A stretch of DNA of 64,000 bases from Nemertoderma westbladi. Lineage: Eukaryota; Animalia; Xenacoelomorpha. The DNA is taken from NCBI GenBank assembly GCA_032718475.1, contig JAUCBJ010008428.1, positions 53,858 to 117,857 on the forward strand. The letters run 5' to 3'. How positions within the stretch are numbered: the first letter of the stretch is position 1; each line of letters starts with the position of its first letter. The position numbers were made by a program, and so were the translations under genes. Below the pieces are notes generated by a model. That model was not told the origin of the DNA and ran no database searches. It worked only from the letters and a program-made list of their open reading frames with translations. Positions 1 to 10,645 of this stretch are shown one piece after another.

Positions 1-2146
1 CCCCAATAGTTCCGTAGGCTACTGATCCCCAATAGTTCCGTACTCCTCCCCGATAGTTCCGTAGTCCTCCCCAATAGTTCCGTACTCCTCCCCAATAGTT
101 CCGTTGGCTACTGATCCCCAATAGTTCCGTACTCCTCCCCAATAGTTCCGTAGGCTACTGATCCCCAATAGTTCCGTACTCCTCCCCAATAGTTCCGTAC
201 TCCTCCCCAATAGTTCCGTACTCCTCCCCAATAGTTCCGTACTCCTCCCCAATAGTTCCGTACTCCTCCCAAATAGTTCCGTAGGCTACTGAACTCCATT
301 AGTTCCGTACTCCTCCCCAATAGTTCCGTAGGCTACTGATCCCCAATAGTTCCGTACTCCTCCCCAATAGTTCCGTACTCCTCCCCAATAGTTCCGTAGG
401 CTACTGATCCCCAATAGTTCCGTACTCTGCCCCAATAGTTCCACAGGCTACTGATCCCCAATAGTTCCGTACTCCTCCCCAATAGTTCCGTAGGCTACTG
501 ATCCCCAATAGTTCCGTACTCCTCCCCAATAGTTCTGTAGGCTACTGATCCCCAATAGTTCCGTACTCCTCCCCAATAGTTCCGTACTCCTCCCCAATAG
601 TTCCGTACTCCTCCCCAATAGTTCCGTACTCCTCCCCAATAGTTCCGTAGGCTACTGATCCCCAATAGTTCCGTACTCCTCCCCAATAGTTCCGTAGGCT
701 ACTGAACCCCAATAGTGCCGTACTCCTCCCCAATAGTTCCGTACTCCTCCCCAATAGTTCCGTACTCCTCCCCAATAGTTCCGTACTCCTCCCAAGTTCC
801 GTAGGCTACTGATCCCCAATAGTTCCGTACTCCTCCCCAATAGTTCCGTACTCCTCCCCAATAGTTCCGTAGGCTACTGATCCCCAATAGTTCCGTACTC
901 TGCCCCAATAGTTCCGTAGGCTACTGATCCCCAATAGTTCCGTAGGCTACTGATCCCCAATAGTTCCGTACTCCTCCCCAATAGTTCCGTAGGCTACTGA
1001 TCCCCAATAGTGCCGTACTCCTCCCCAATAGTTCCGTACTCCTCCCCAATAGTTCCGTACTCCTCCCCAATAGTTCCGTACTCCTCCCCAATAGTTCCGT
1101 AGGCTACTGATCCCCAATAGTTCCGTACTCCTCCCCAATAGTTCCGTACTCCTCCCCAATAGTTCCGTACTCCTCCCCAATAGTTCCGTACTCCTCCCCA
1201 ATAGTTCCGTACTCCTCCCCAATAGTTCCGTACTCCTCCCCAATAATTCCGTACTCCTCCCCAATAGTTCCGTTGGCTACTAATCCCCAATAGTTCCGTA
1301 CTCCTCCCCAATAGTTCCGTAGGCTACTGATCCCCAATAGTTCCGTACTCCTCCCCAATAGTTCCGTACTCCTCCCCAATAGTTCCTTACTCCTCCCCAA
1401 TAGTTCCGTAGGCTACTGATCCCTAATAGTTCCGTACTCCTCCCCAATAGTTCCGTACTCCTCCCCAATAGTTCCGTAATCCTCCCAAGTAGTTCCGTAG
1501 GCTACTGATCCCCAATAGTTCCGTACTCCTCCCCAATAGTTCCGTATTCCTCCCCAATAGTTCCGTAGGCTACTGATCCCCAATAGTTCCGTAGGCTACT
1601 GATCCCCAATAGTTCCGTAGGCTACTGATCCCCAATATTTCCGTAGGCTACTGATCCCCAATAGTTCCGTAGGCTACTGATCCCCAATAGTTCCGTAGGC
1701 TACATATCCCCAATAGTTCCGTACTCCTCCCCAATAGTTCCGTAGGCTACTGATCCCCAATAGTTCCGTACTCCTTCCCAATAGTTCCGTACTCCTCCCC
1801 AATAGTTCCGTACTCCTCCCCAATAGTTTCGTACTCCTCTCCAATAGTTCCGTACTCCTCCCCAGTTCCGTAGGCTACTGATCCCCAATAGTTCCGTACT
1901 CCTCCCCAATAGTTCCGTACTCCTCCCCAATAGTTCCGTAGGCTACTGATCCCCAATACTTCCGTACTCCTCCCCAATACTTCCGTACTCCTCCCCAATA
2001 GTTCCGTACTCCTCCCCAATAGTTCCGTACTCCTCCCCAATAGTTCCGTAGGCTACTGATCCCCAATAGTTCCGTACTCCTCCCCAATAGTTCCGTACTC
2101 TTCCCCAATAGTTCCGTAGGCTACTGATCCCCAATAGTTCCGTACT
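1..2146. repeat. Two-unit tandem array: A=CCCCAATAGTTCCGTACTCCT (21 bp) and B=CCCCAATAGTTCCGTAGGCTACTGAT (26 bp), interleaved; candidate telomeric repeat
   Basis: Units read directly from base 1; shared 16-bp core CCCCAATAGTTCCGTA; strong C/G strand asymmetry. Confidence refers to the array; the telomere role is inference. Confidence 0.97.
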
Positions 2147-3685
2147 TTTAAACCACGGGATTCCGGCCAGTCACCGGATATTGGGAGTGGAGAAGGAGTA
2201 CTTTCTTAAATGCAGGATTGCGGTTGAGAAAAGGTTGCATTAGTTGGATATAATCGTTTAATGTAACTTTCCTACAGAGAATTGATTGATTGAGAATAAG
2301 TTGGGCTTCCCCAAACCAATATACACCAAATATTCACAATAATATATGACAATATAAATTCCTACAGTACATTATTTAATTACCCACTGTTCACTTTAGA
2401 TTTTAACCTAACTAATGTTCCCCAATTTCCCTCGGTCCTAGTCTCGGTACCGTGGTGTCGGTGTCGGTCGACCCTGTTGCGTGTCCGTCCCACCCTTCCC
2501 GAACCCCGAAGGGATCGGTCATCAGGAGAGCGGTATGGCTTGGCTAAGGGTCGGTCAAGTCGGTAGACCCGGTTGCGTGTCCGTCCCACCCTTCCCGAAC
2601 CCTGAAGGGATCGGTCATCAGGAGAGCGGTATGGCTTGGCTAAGGGTCGGTCAAGTCGGTAGACCCGGTTGCGTGTCCGTCCCACCCTTCCCGAACCCCG
2701 AAGGGATCGGTCATCGGGAAAGCGGTACGGCTTGGCTAGGGGTCTGTCGAGTCGGTGGACCCGTTTGCGTGTCCATCCCACCCTTCCCGAACCCCGAAGA
2801 GATCGGTCATCAGGAAAACGGTACGGCTTGGCTAGGGGTCCGTCGGTTCATCACAGGGACCCAACCACCTAAGCTTTCCAAATCCTTTTCAGGCTCGTAG
2901 TCGCTTCGGTAGCCAAGAAGCTGCTCCAAACAGTCGGTAGGCCAGTGGAGTCCGGTCCTTTGTCATTCGACCCAGTTGCGTGTCCGTCCCACCCTTCCCG
3001 AACCCCAAAGGGATCGGTCAAAAGGAAAGCGGTACGGCTTGGCAAGGGGTTTGTCAGCCCATCGTGAGTCCCAACTGTTGGTAGTTTTCTGAGTCCTTAT
3101 TCAGGCTCGTACTAACGCTGGTCGTGGAACCCACTCCAGGAAGGCAGTCCTCGTCAAACCCTTCTTCCGTTTAGTCAGTCGACCCATCGCGAGTCCCTGG
3201 CGTAGTCGGCAAGCTTTCCAAGTCCTTATTCAGGCTTGTAATAAATGCCAGTGACCAGGGACCGCTAAGGATCTGTCTGTCGGTTCCCGTCGCAAATCCC
3301 TGACACAAGCAGCAGACTTTCCGAGTCCTTATTCAGGTTCGTAATAACTGCTGTTGGCCAGGGACCGCTAAGGGCAGTCCTTGTCCCTAGGCCTAGCAAG
3401 TTACCAAATCCACCTCTACAAGCCGCAAGAAGTTGGCTAGGCCTAATAGTATTCAGGTAAACCTGAGTACTGCTTAATTTTGCCTCCCACCCTTGGCCCT
3501 TAAATATCTGACATGAGTCCCGCACCCTGTAAGTCGCCCCAATATTCGCCCGTAAATCGCCCCCAGTCCATTGAATGTACCCAAATTCCATGTTCCCACA
3601 CCAAGTATTGATATTGGAATATTCATTTCAAATAAATCCGAAAAATATTCAACTCGCGTTAAGAAAAGTTGAAATACCGCGAACA
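2144..3685 (-). repeat. 3' LTR of the BEL element (about 29 bp missing at its outer end)
   Basis: On minus it starts TGTTCGCGG at 3685, right after the PPT; 2144-3352 aligns with 11079-12072. Confidence 0.85.
2476..2850. repeat. 96-bp tandem repeat inside the LTR (about 4 copies plus a partial copy near 2975; 3 copies in the other LTR)
   Basis: GTTGCGTGTCCGTCCCACCCTTCCCGAACC starts at 2476, 2572 and 2668, with a variant copy near 2764. Confidence 0.92.
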
Positions 3686-3709
3686 GTCCCCCCCCCCCCC
3701 CCCCCCCAA
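3686..3709 (-). promoter_or_regulatory. Polypurine tract of the BEL element
   Basis: Minus strand reads G-run, AC, then TGTTCGCG at the LTR start. Confidence 0.8.
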
Positions 3710-3875
3710 TGACCTTCGTGAGGTCTATCGGTAGATCGAGTTTGCGTAGGTCATTTCCCATATAAAAAACCCAAATTTTAATATTGCATAGTCTTGATGA
3801 ATTTTTCCTAGAGTTAGTTTATGTAAATATAAAAATAAATGTTCGATATAAATGTCTCTGGAATATCCTGGTCCT

Positions 3876-5015
3876 CTATTTCTTACTCTGATACGCCTTT
3901 CTCCTCTTCGCCCGTCTACTCTCATCGATCGCCAGTGCTGGTAGGGGAGCATCAATGTCCATCGCAAGCATCGCTTCAGCTTGTCTCCTGGCGGCTCTTC
4001 CCTTTGATGGTAGCGGGATCATATCCGTCCATCTCTCCAACTCGGTAGTGCGTGCCTCTAGGAACCACTTTCCGTCACCGAATTCTTCCTTATAGGAGTA
4101 TAAACGCCTAAGGATCTCGAAGGGACCGAATAATCCGGCGCTTAATAATAGATCCACGTAATGGAATGGTAGCGTCACTGTCGTATGGAGGCATTCTGGG
4201 AACGAGAAGTATCCGCACGCCATTTCTTGCGCGATATTTCGAGCGCTTCTCCGCACTTTGGTCTTTACGTGGTTATTGGCGTAGGTTTCAAACATAACCA
4301 TATTTCCCATAGCTGTTACGTCCTTCGTAGGACACTTTATGTTACAACGGGGGCATGCGGAATGTCCACGGAAGCCGCATTCTGTGCAGATGTTGTAAAG
4401 GATAGGACAAGCCAAAACATCGTGGCCCGATGTTGCGCAATAGGGACAGTAAAGTATCCCGAGGAGCTGGAGGCACAAATCGGTAACCCGATTTCTCCTT
4501 CTGTGTGGGCACTGCTCCGAGCCGCAGTTTCCACACACCTCCAGTTGCATCTCCCAGCCGAAGATTATCGGAACCGGTACGCCGGCGTAATACTCCAGTC
4601 GTCGATCGCTTTTGGGGATACTCGCCGTGGCCGGTAACCCGCGGAAAGCTGGGCTTTGGCGCAGTATGTTCTCACTTCGATAACCTTCTTTATATCCTGC
4701 CGGTCGCATCCCGGGCGCCCGTTTCTGGCGGTGGATCCATTCGGTCTGTTCGGCGTACCATCGGGTAAGTCGCATAGGGTCTTGTGGAAAGGAGGGGGCC
4801 GTTGCCACAGCTGGTCGGCGAAGAGGTGCCGGGGCGTTCGCTGGAGGGAGTCCGAGGAGATCTACGGGAGTCGGCGCAACGCTGGGACCCTTAGCAACCT
4901 GTATCGCTGAACGGGTCCGTAGGGTGCTGGTACTCGGGATCTCCGAAGACCAGTCTTCTCCCCCCGGGAACGGATATGGAGACAACCTCTGACATATGTC
5001 GCCGAAGTCATTCAA
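3876..5015 (-). CDS. Accessory ORF C, 379 aa: Pro-rich N-terminus, clustered Cys/His motifs, basic C-terminal tail; family not recognised
   Basis: CGNCGSEQCPH, CPYCATSGHDVLAC, CTECGFRGHSACPRC; tail RRAKRRKAYQSKK. The start is TTG and overlaps ORF B, so it may be a frameshifted continuation. Confidence 0.65.
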   Translation of the reverse strand: MNDFGDICQRLSPYPFPGGEDWSSEIPSTSTLRTRSAIQVAKGPSVAPTPVDLLGLPPANAPAPLRRPAVATAPSFPQDPMRLTRWYAEQTEWIHRQKRAPGMRPAGYKEGYRSENILRQSPAFRGLPATASIPKSDRRLEYYAGVPVPIIFGWEMQLEVCGNCGSEQCPHRRRNRVTDLCLQLLGILYCPYCATSGHDVLACPILYNICTECGFRGHSACPRCNIKCPTKDVTAMGNMVMFETYANNHVKTKVRRSARNIAQEMACGYFSFPECLHTTVTLPFHYVDLLLSAGLFGPFEILRRLYSYKEEFGDGKWFLEARTTELERWTDMIPLPSKGRAARRQAEAMLAMDIDAPLPALAIDESRRAKRRKAYQSKK

Positions 5016-5685
5016 CGCGAAGGTAGTTTACTAACTCCCTAGCGGGACTACCAGAGCCAAGTGGGGTGGATATGCCTGCTTCCGTCGCAGGTTCGGCCGA
5101 GGCAACCCGTTTGGCGGCCGGTTCGTACGCAACTTCCGGATCGAGTTGTCGCTTTGGGGTGGACAGTAGAACACCTTCCTGTAGCCATAATTCCTCCCCA
5201 TCCAAAGATATCAGTGGTTCCTCTGCACCGAGGAGATCAGCAATCGTAGGGATGTCGAACGGTCCATTCTCGTCCCAGGATGCGATGACGTGGAGCGTTT
5301 TCGTCTCTCCCGGTGGAATATTCTCTACCGCTTTGAACGCGTGGTCGATAACTTGATTCGACTCATAGTCGATAAAGGATCTAGGAACCGCCTTAATGAG
5401 ATTATCGAGAGTCTTACAGATGAACTTGGCAACTGTGTATGATTCCATTACGACGTAGATATAGTTCCGTCGGTCCGGGTTCTCCCATTTGTGGTGGATC
5501 GTCCACTTTCTTTCTACGTCCTTCCAACGACTCTCTCGCTCACTCTTTATCTCTATTTCCGGGTACCCACCATATATCTTATTATAATCCTGGAATTTCT
5601 GAGGTTTAAAGTCTATACCGCCGTTTAGCACCGCGAGGTAGCCGATACCGGATTTCGTCCGTCTCACCTCCCGGAGTCCACACAT
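5008..5685 (-). CDS. Accessory ORF B, 225 aa, unknown function
   Basis: ATG-to-TGA ORF with globular-looking composition; PAAKRV motif near the end. Confidence 0.6.
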   Translation of the reverse strand: MCGLREVRRTKSGIGYLAVLNGGIDFKPQKFQDYNKIYGGYPEIEIKSERESRWKDVERKWTIHHKWENPDRRNYIYVVMESYTVAKFICKTLDNLIKAVPRSFIDYESNQVIDHAFKAVENIPPGETKTLHVIASWDENGPFDIPTIADLLGAEEPLISLDGEELWLQEGVLLSTPKRQLDPEVAYEPAAKRVASAEPATEAGISTPLGSGSPARELVNYLRVE

Positions 5686-5842
5686 GATTTCAGTGGATCG
5701 TAACCAGGCTAACAGTGTTTGGGTATCAACGCAATGACTAATGGCGTTGAGATCTTCTCGACGGTTTCTTCCGAAAGGAGCGTTAGCGTAGTTGTTTCAG
5801 ACGTCCGCCTTTATATCTGACCCAATTTTAATGACATCGAAA

Positions 5843-6499
5843 TCAAATAGGATCTGTTGGATCTCCGGTGGTAATAGCCAGATCGCTCCGGCTGTCTGCA
5901 CCTCCTGATTGGGTGTCGGGAATATTCGACATATCAACACCAGACCATCTAGGGTTCCGAGGACGATGACCAATGATCGACCGTATTCCTTCGTCCCATA
6001 CTTCTCCTGGTAGTCGTCTCGATTCTGGATAACTGATATACGTTCCTCTCGCAGCGTCGCTGTACACTCCGCTAGGTTTCCCCAGTGGGTGAGGTACGTA
6101 CGTACTCTTGTCGTCGACGAAACTTTGGCATCGCGCCAACGTAATCGCTTTCGAGGTGGGCGTCGCGTTTCCCTCGTTGTCGTATATCAAACATCGGGAT
6201 TTGTAGACGCTTTGCCGGAACGCATCCCAGAATGACAACTCCGCTCCTCCGGTTGCCTTTGCTTTCCGAGTTCTTTTCAGTCTCGTACTAGCATCGGACA
6301 ACCGGAGCTCTCGTAGATTACGGGAATCCGGTCCCTCTCGCCCGGAGAATTTAATGATTCGCACATTCTCGGATATCAGGGCATTCCATTCTGTATCAAA
6401 GTTAGGAGATCCAGGCTGTGGATATTCCAGTAAATCTAGTGTATTACGTAGTTCGCCGAGAATTTGGCGATTTGGGTCCATATTTTCCATTATGTCCAT
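5843..6499 (-). CDS. Accessory ORF A, 218 aa, unknown function
   Basis: ATG-to-stop ORF following an AT-rich spacer; basic patch RLKRTRKAK. Confidence 0.6.
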   Translation of the reverse strand: MDIMENMDPNRQILGELRNTLDLLEYPQPGSPNFDTEWNALISENVRIIKFSGREGPDSRNLRELRLSDASTRLKRTRKAKATGGAELSFWDAFRQSVYKSRCLIYDNEGNATPTSKAITLARCQSFVDDKSTYVPHPLGKPSGVYSDAARGTYISYPESRRLPGEVWDEGIRSIIGHRPRNPRWSGVDMSNIPDTQSGGADSRSDLAITTGDPTDPI

Positions 6500-6779
6500 T
6501 GCAAATTTAAGTAAGTTAATTATAAATCCAGAAAGTCTGATTCTATAGTGACTGCAGAATAATTCAGTTTATTTGTAATTCAGTTTATTAATTATTATTG
6601 CTATATAGGCATCTACCATCTTATTGCTACTATATTCAGTATTTACAGTTACTATAGCTATACAATTATATCCAACCAGTTTTTGACTTTTTATGTCCTC
6701 TTCTTTTTCCAATTCTTTTCCTTTCTACATTTTATACATTTTTTTGTCTTTTTTCATTTCTCATTTATTACTCGTTATA

Positions 6780-6912
6780 TTTCATTATTTCTTTCCACAT
6801 TTCATCATTTATTTCCACATTTCATCATTTATTTCCACATTTCATCATTTATTTCCACATTTCATCATTATTTCCACATTTATTTCACATTTCATTTATT
6901 TCAATTTCATCA
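6780..6912. repeat. 20-bp AT-rich minisatellite (TTTATTTCCACATTTCATCA)
   Basis: Several consecutive copies seen directly. Confidence 0.85.
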
Positions 6913-7089
6913 TTGGGGTCATAGCCCCCTGGCTATCATCATTTGTTATAAGCGCAGCACCAGGGTGCGCATCATTACATTTTCATCATCATACGCGTCA
7001 TCATTCAGTTTATAGTAGGGTTGTCTGTTTCTTTTCATCATTTCCAACTACATTCAATCATCTTCTTTTGGAAATTTTCGTTGTGGAAG

Positions 7090-7510
7090 GGTGTTACGTG
7101 GCAATCTGGGATCTACAGCTGGGCTAGTTACACCGCCTATGCCCCAAAGTGCATATGTAACGGACAATGAAGACGCTGGAAGTGAAGTCACGTGGAATGC
7201 ACCAGGGACCCACCAGAATAACACTACCAACAACATAAAGCTCAGCCGACAAAGTCATGTGGGATGGGGTTACGCAACATTCTGGGATCTACAGCTGGAC
7301 TAGTTACACCACCTACGCCCCAAAATCCACGCAACGGTCCCACCAGAATAACGCAACTGAGAAACATAAAACCTCTATCGACGAAGTCATGTGGATGCAC
7401 CATGGACCCACCAGAATAACGGGATAGAGGGGGTGTTGCGCGGCAATCCGGGATCTACAGCTGGACTAGTTACACCGCCTACGCCCCGAACTGTGCACGC
7501 AACGGACAAT
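7090..7510. repeat. Three degenerate direct repeats (about 170-bp period) with a conserved ~40-bp core
   Basis: GGATCTACAGCTGG(A/G)CTAGTTACACC(G/A)CCTA near 7109, 7285 and 7451. Confidence 0.85.
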
Positions 7511-7859
7511 ACAATACAACACAATGGATACAATGAATTCCACTTCAAATCTTTACCATTTCCAATAATCCAATGTAGTTGGTCCCGATGACCAAAATCA
7601 GGGTAAACAATACATAAACGACCCTGCATCAGTCGAAACATCTGCAGGGTGACGCTGGACTCCACATAACACACGAGGAAACACAAATACCATTGCGTGG
7701 TTACAGTTGGTTTAAGGGGGGTCCATTATTCATTGTCGGTAAATCACAGTTAAAGAGTTTGTCAACAGGATGAGAAGGGTTTAAACGGGTTTAGCATTGT
7801 CACCAATGTCTGCAGCAGGATCCGGAGTAGGGAACTTATCCCCTCTCGTAGAGTCACCA

Positions 7860-7985
7860 CTGTCATTGCCTTCAAGAAGGCACAGCCTCTGGATAGGGCG
7901 TTGGTAGTGGCCCTTTGCCGTTCATATCGTCACAGTTCTCGCAAGTGCCACTGTTCTCGGCCGGTACACTGCTTTATTTCCAGGG
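7860..7985 (-). pseudogene. pol: Remnant of the BEL integrase C-terminus
   Basis: Minus-strand fragments read REQWHL and TAKGHYQRPIQRLCLLE, matching the C-terminal motifs of BEL/Pao integrases; only about 200 bp after the protease. Confidence 0.7.
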
Positions 7986-8160
7986 CTCGGTTCGCTACGA
8001 ATGTGGTGTGTCGCCATGATGGTGAATGGAGGTCGGTCACCGAACAATAACCCACGGAGGTTGCGTTCTCTTTGATCTGGCATTTAGGGAGATATGTATA
8101 GGTGTCGGTAGTCTCCTCTTTGATGCCGCAGAGTGTCCATCCCATGATAGTGCGCTCTGC

Positions 8161-10645
8161 TTAAAAATCGTCGTCCGGCTTTACGGATCGGGCTACGTTT
8201 CCGGTTGGTATATGTAATTCCGGTGTGTCAAGTCCGATTAATAGGGTAATTCGGTTTACGTCCAACGGTGGGCATCGTAGATCTACATCTTCCCAGTCTA
8301 GCTGTATGAGGGGTGCAGATGATTGTTCAGATGATTGTCGGAACAGCACTCGGAGATCAGTGTGTACCAGAGCGTTCTTGATCGTCAGTTTGACCATCTC
8401 GTAACCCTTCCTATCCCCTTCCATCTTGAGTTGTACCTCCCTGGACTCCACTTCTCTATGGTCGGTGATAGTTTGTATGGGCCGCTTGCAAGGTTCGTAA
8501 TCTAGGCCTAGTTGTTCGAGGAAATCCCGGTCGATGATGGTTCCGTCCGACCCGTTGTCAAGGAACGCGAGTGTTGTTAAGGATTTCCCGACCCCTTGGA
8601 TTCTTACTCTGATCACTTTGGCGAAGACCATGTAACGGCGGTTTAGAAGATTGACCGTAGCTGATATACTGGTCACGTGTGATACATCGGTGGCGGTTTT
8701 AAATGGATTGGTTTCCCTCCGCTGAATCGTCCGGGTACCCTTAGAGACGTGATTCGTTTCTCCTTTCCATTTGGATTCAATCCGGAATGGTAGGGTGGTA
8801 AAATCGAAGTTCGCAGGGATGTGGAGGAGTGTGTGATGGCGTAGGTCATTACAGACCGCGCAGCATGATCTTTGGTCGCAATCATGGACGTAGTGACCTG
8901 TTCCGAGATACCAGAAGCATCCTCGGTGTTTCATGATTGCCTCGAAGCGTGGAATGAGTTCAGCAAACTGGAACTTTCTGCAGAATTCCACCTTGTGTTT
9001 CTCCCTGCTGAAGAGACATAGAAGGGAGGTTGTGGTGCCTTCCCTTTCGGGTGCCCAATTCGCTAGATAACACGCCCATTCCTCAGCTGATGTCGGTTCC
9101 TCGTAGTCCTCGTCGTCGGAATCCTCGGCCATGGTGATGGCCATCGTACTCATCAGAGGGGGACGGAATCTCGGTTTCGGAGTGGGTGCCCTGCTCCTAG
9201 AGTTGTTCTCTATTCCGTCTAACTTGGAGAGACTTTGTTTGGAGAACATCGAGTCATTCATGGCTTCGGAGATATCATCTAGGAATGCCGACATTTCGAG
9301 GAAACTGGGATCCCGATCCGGGTGTCTGCATCGGAGATCTACGCATTTATATGCCCATTTGCTTTGCAGCCATCCGGGGAACTTTCGGGCAATCTGTCGG
9401 AGGTTTAAAATGTTGTTTACTTGTTCTTCCTTGTTTAATGGTTTTTAAGTGTAGTAGGCATCTTTCACAGAGTCCGAGAACTCTTGGATATTCTGTGGGT
9501 CCCCTAGGGATCCAGCGTCCTGTATCAGATTTTCGAGCATCTTATTAATTATAGTTCCGATGTTTCCGTACCTTTTATCTAGAGTTTTCCATGCGTCGTG
9601 GTATGCTTCGTGAGATCCTCCTTCGAAACATTTAATGATTCGACGTGGTTTGTCACCCAGGTATTGGGATAAATATACCAGTTTTTGTGCGTCGGTTATA
9701 TCTGTTGAACCGATCTGAGCGAAGAACCGTTTCTTAAATCCGAGGTAATTGATGGGGTCTCCCTCGAAGGTGCGGATCTCCATTTTGGGCATAGCCAGGC
9801 AGTTTTCCAAGGCTCGGATGATGCCGACGTCGTCTGAACTGGAATGACTAGGAGGATTATAATTACTAACACTCTCTCCCATGCACGATGGATCGATGAG
9901 AAGTGGAGTTTTAATGATGACGCGGTTACGGATTTTCGATGTGGATGTGAACGGATTGTTGGATCGAGGGGTGGCGTCCCGTTCCGAGTCCTTTTCAGGC
10001 TCGTACTGGGGAACGCTCGGTGCCGTGGGATTGGATGGGAAATAAGGTTCCTCATTCTTAAGCGTAACCGGTGGGGGGTGGAATACTGGTGCTTGTGCCG
10101 ATAACGTGGACCGTATGTTTGGCGGAAACTCAGGTTTCGGGGGTTCCGCAGCCGGTGGTGTAAATGACTTTTCTAACTCCGGGACCGGAATTGGTTCATA
10201 GTCCTGTTCTATACCCCTTTCCCAGTCCTCGTATAGTTGAAGGTCCCGTTCTATGAGTGCAGCTTCGTAGTCTGCGAGTTTAGCAATATCCGCGTTCTTC
10301 TTGTGAATAAGAATCGCTTGGGCCTTGGTGTTCCATTTATGCATTCTACGCATTTACGCTGGGGTAGTTTCCCAGATCGGTTGCGGGAATGAGTTCCTGA
10401 TATGCCTGTATCATCCGTTCATATCGTTGTAAGATACTTCGGATATTCTGTAGTTGAGCCTGTATATCGCTGAGGGGGGTCTCGGCTCCCTTTAGTTGTT
10501 TCTCGATGCGGTGGTATGCTCGAGTCACTCCACCTTTGAGAGCTCCCAGTCGACGGGCCATGTTCTTCACATTCGGTACCTCGTCGGTTTCCGAGTCTGT
10601 GTGGGGGTCCATTTCATCAGTATCGGAGACGTTATTCGTCGTCAT
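8161..10645 (-). pseudogene. gag: BEL/Pao gag-protease, broken by frameshifts near 10350 and 9445
   Basis: RRLGALKGGVTR N-terminus; PKMEIRTFEGDPINYLGFKKRF (DUF1759-type); FPGWLQSKW; degenerate knuckles CLFSREKHKVEFC, CFWYLGTGHYVHDC, CAVCNDLRHHTLLH; protease AFLDNGSDGT. Confidence 0.9.

Noticed and set aside
19-2134. Many minus-strand ORFs (GRSTELL, GGVRNYW, EEYGTIG repeats)
   Set aside because: Translations of the 21-bp unit, open in all three frames; non-ATG starts; no coding evidence.
1-2146. GGAGTACGGA resembles the GGTGTACGGA core of Candida/Kluyveromyces telomeres
   Set aside because: Match too short, and the transposon content (BEL, RTE, CR1/L2, IS3EU) points to an animal; treated as coincidence.
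2380-2900. 133-139 aa ORFs in the LTR (also 11409-11755)
   Set aside because: By-products of a 96-bp repeat (multiple of 3), open on both strands.
3876-6499. env gene in the post-pol position
   Set aside because: No signal peptide, transmembrane anchor or fusion-protein pattern visible; basic NLS-like motifs instead.
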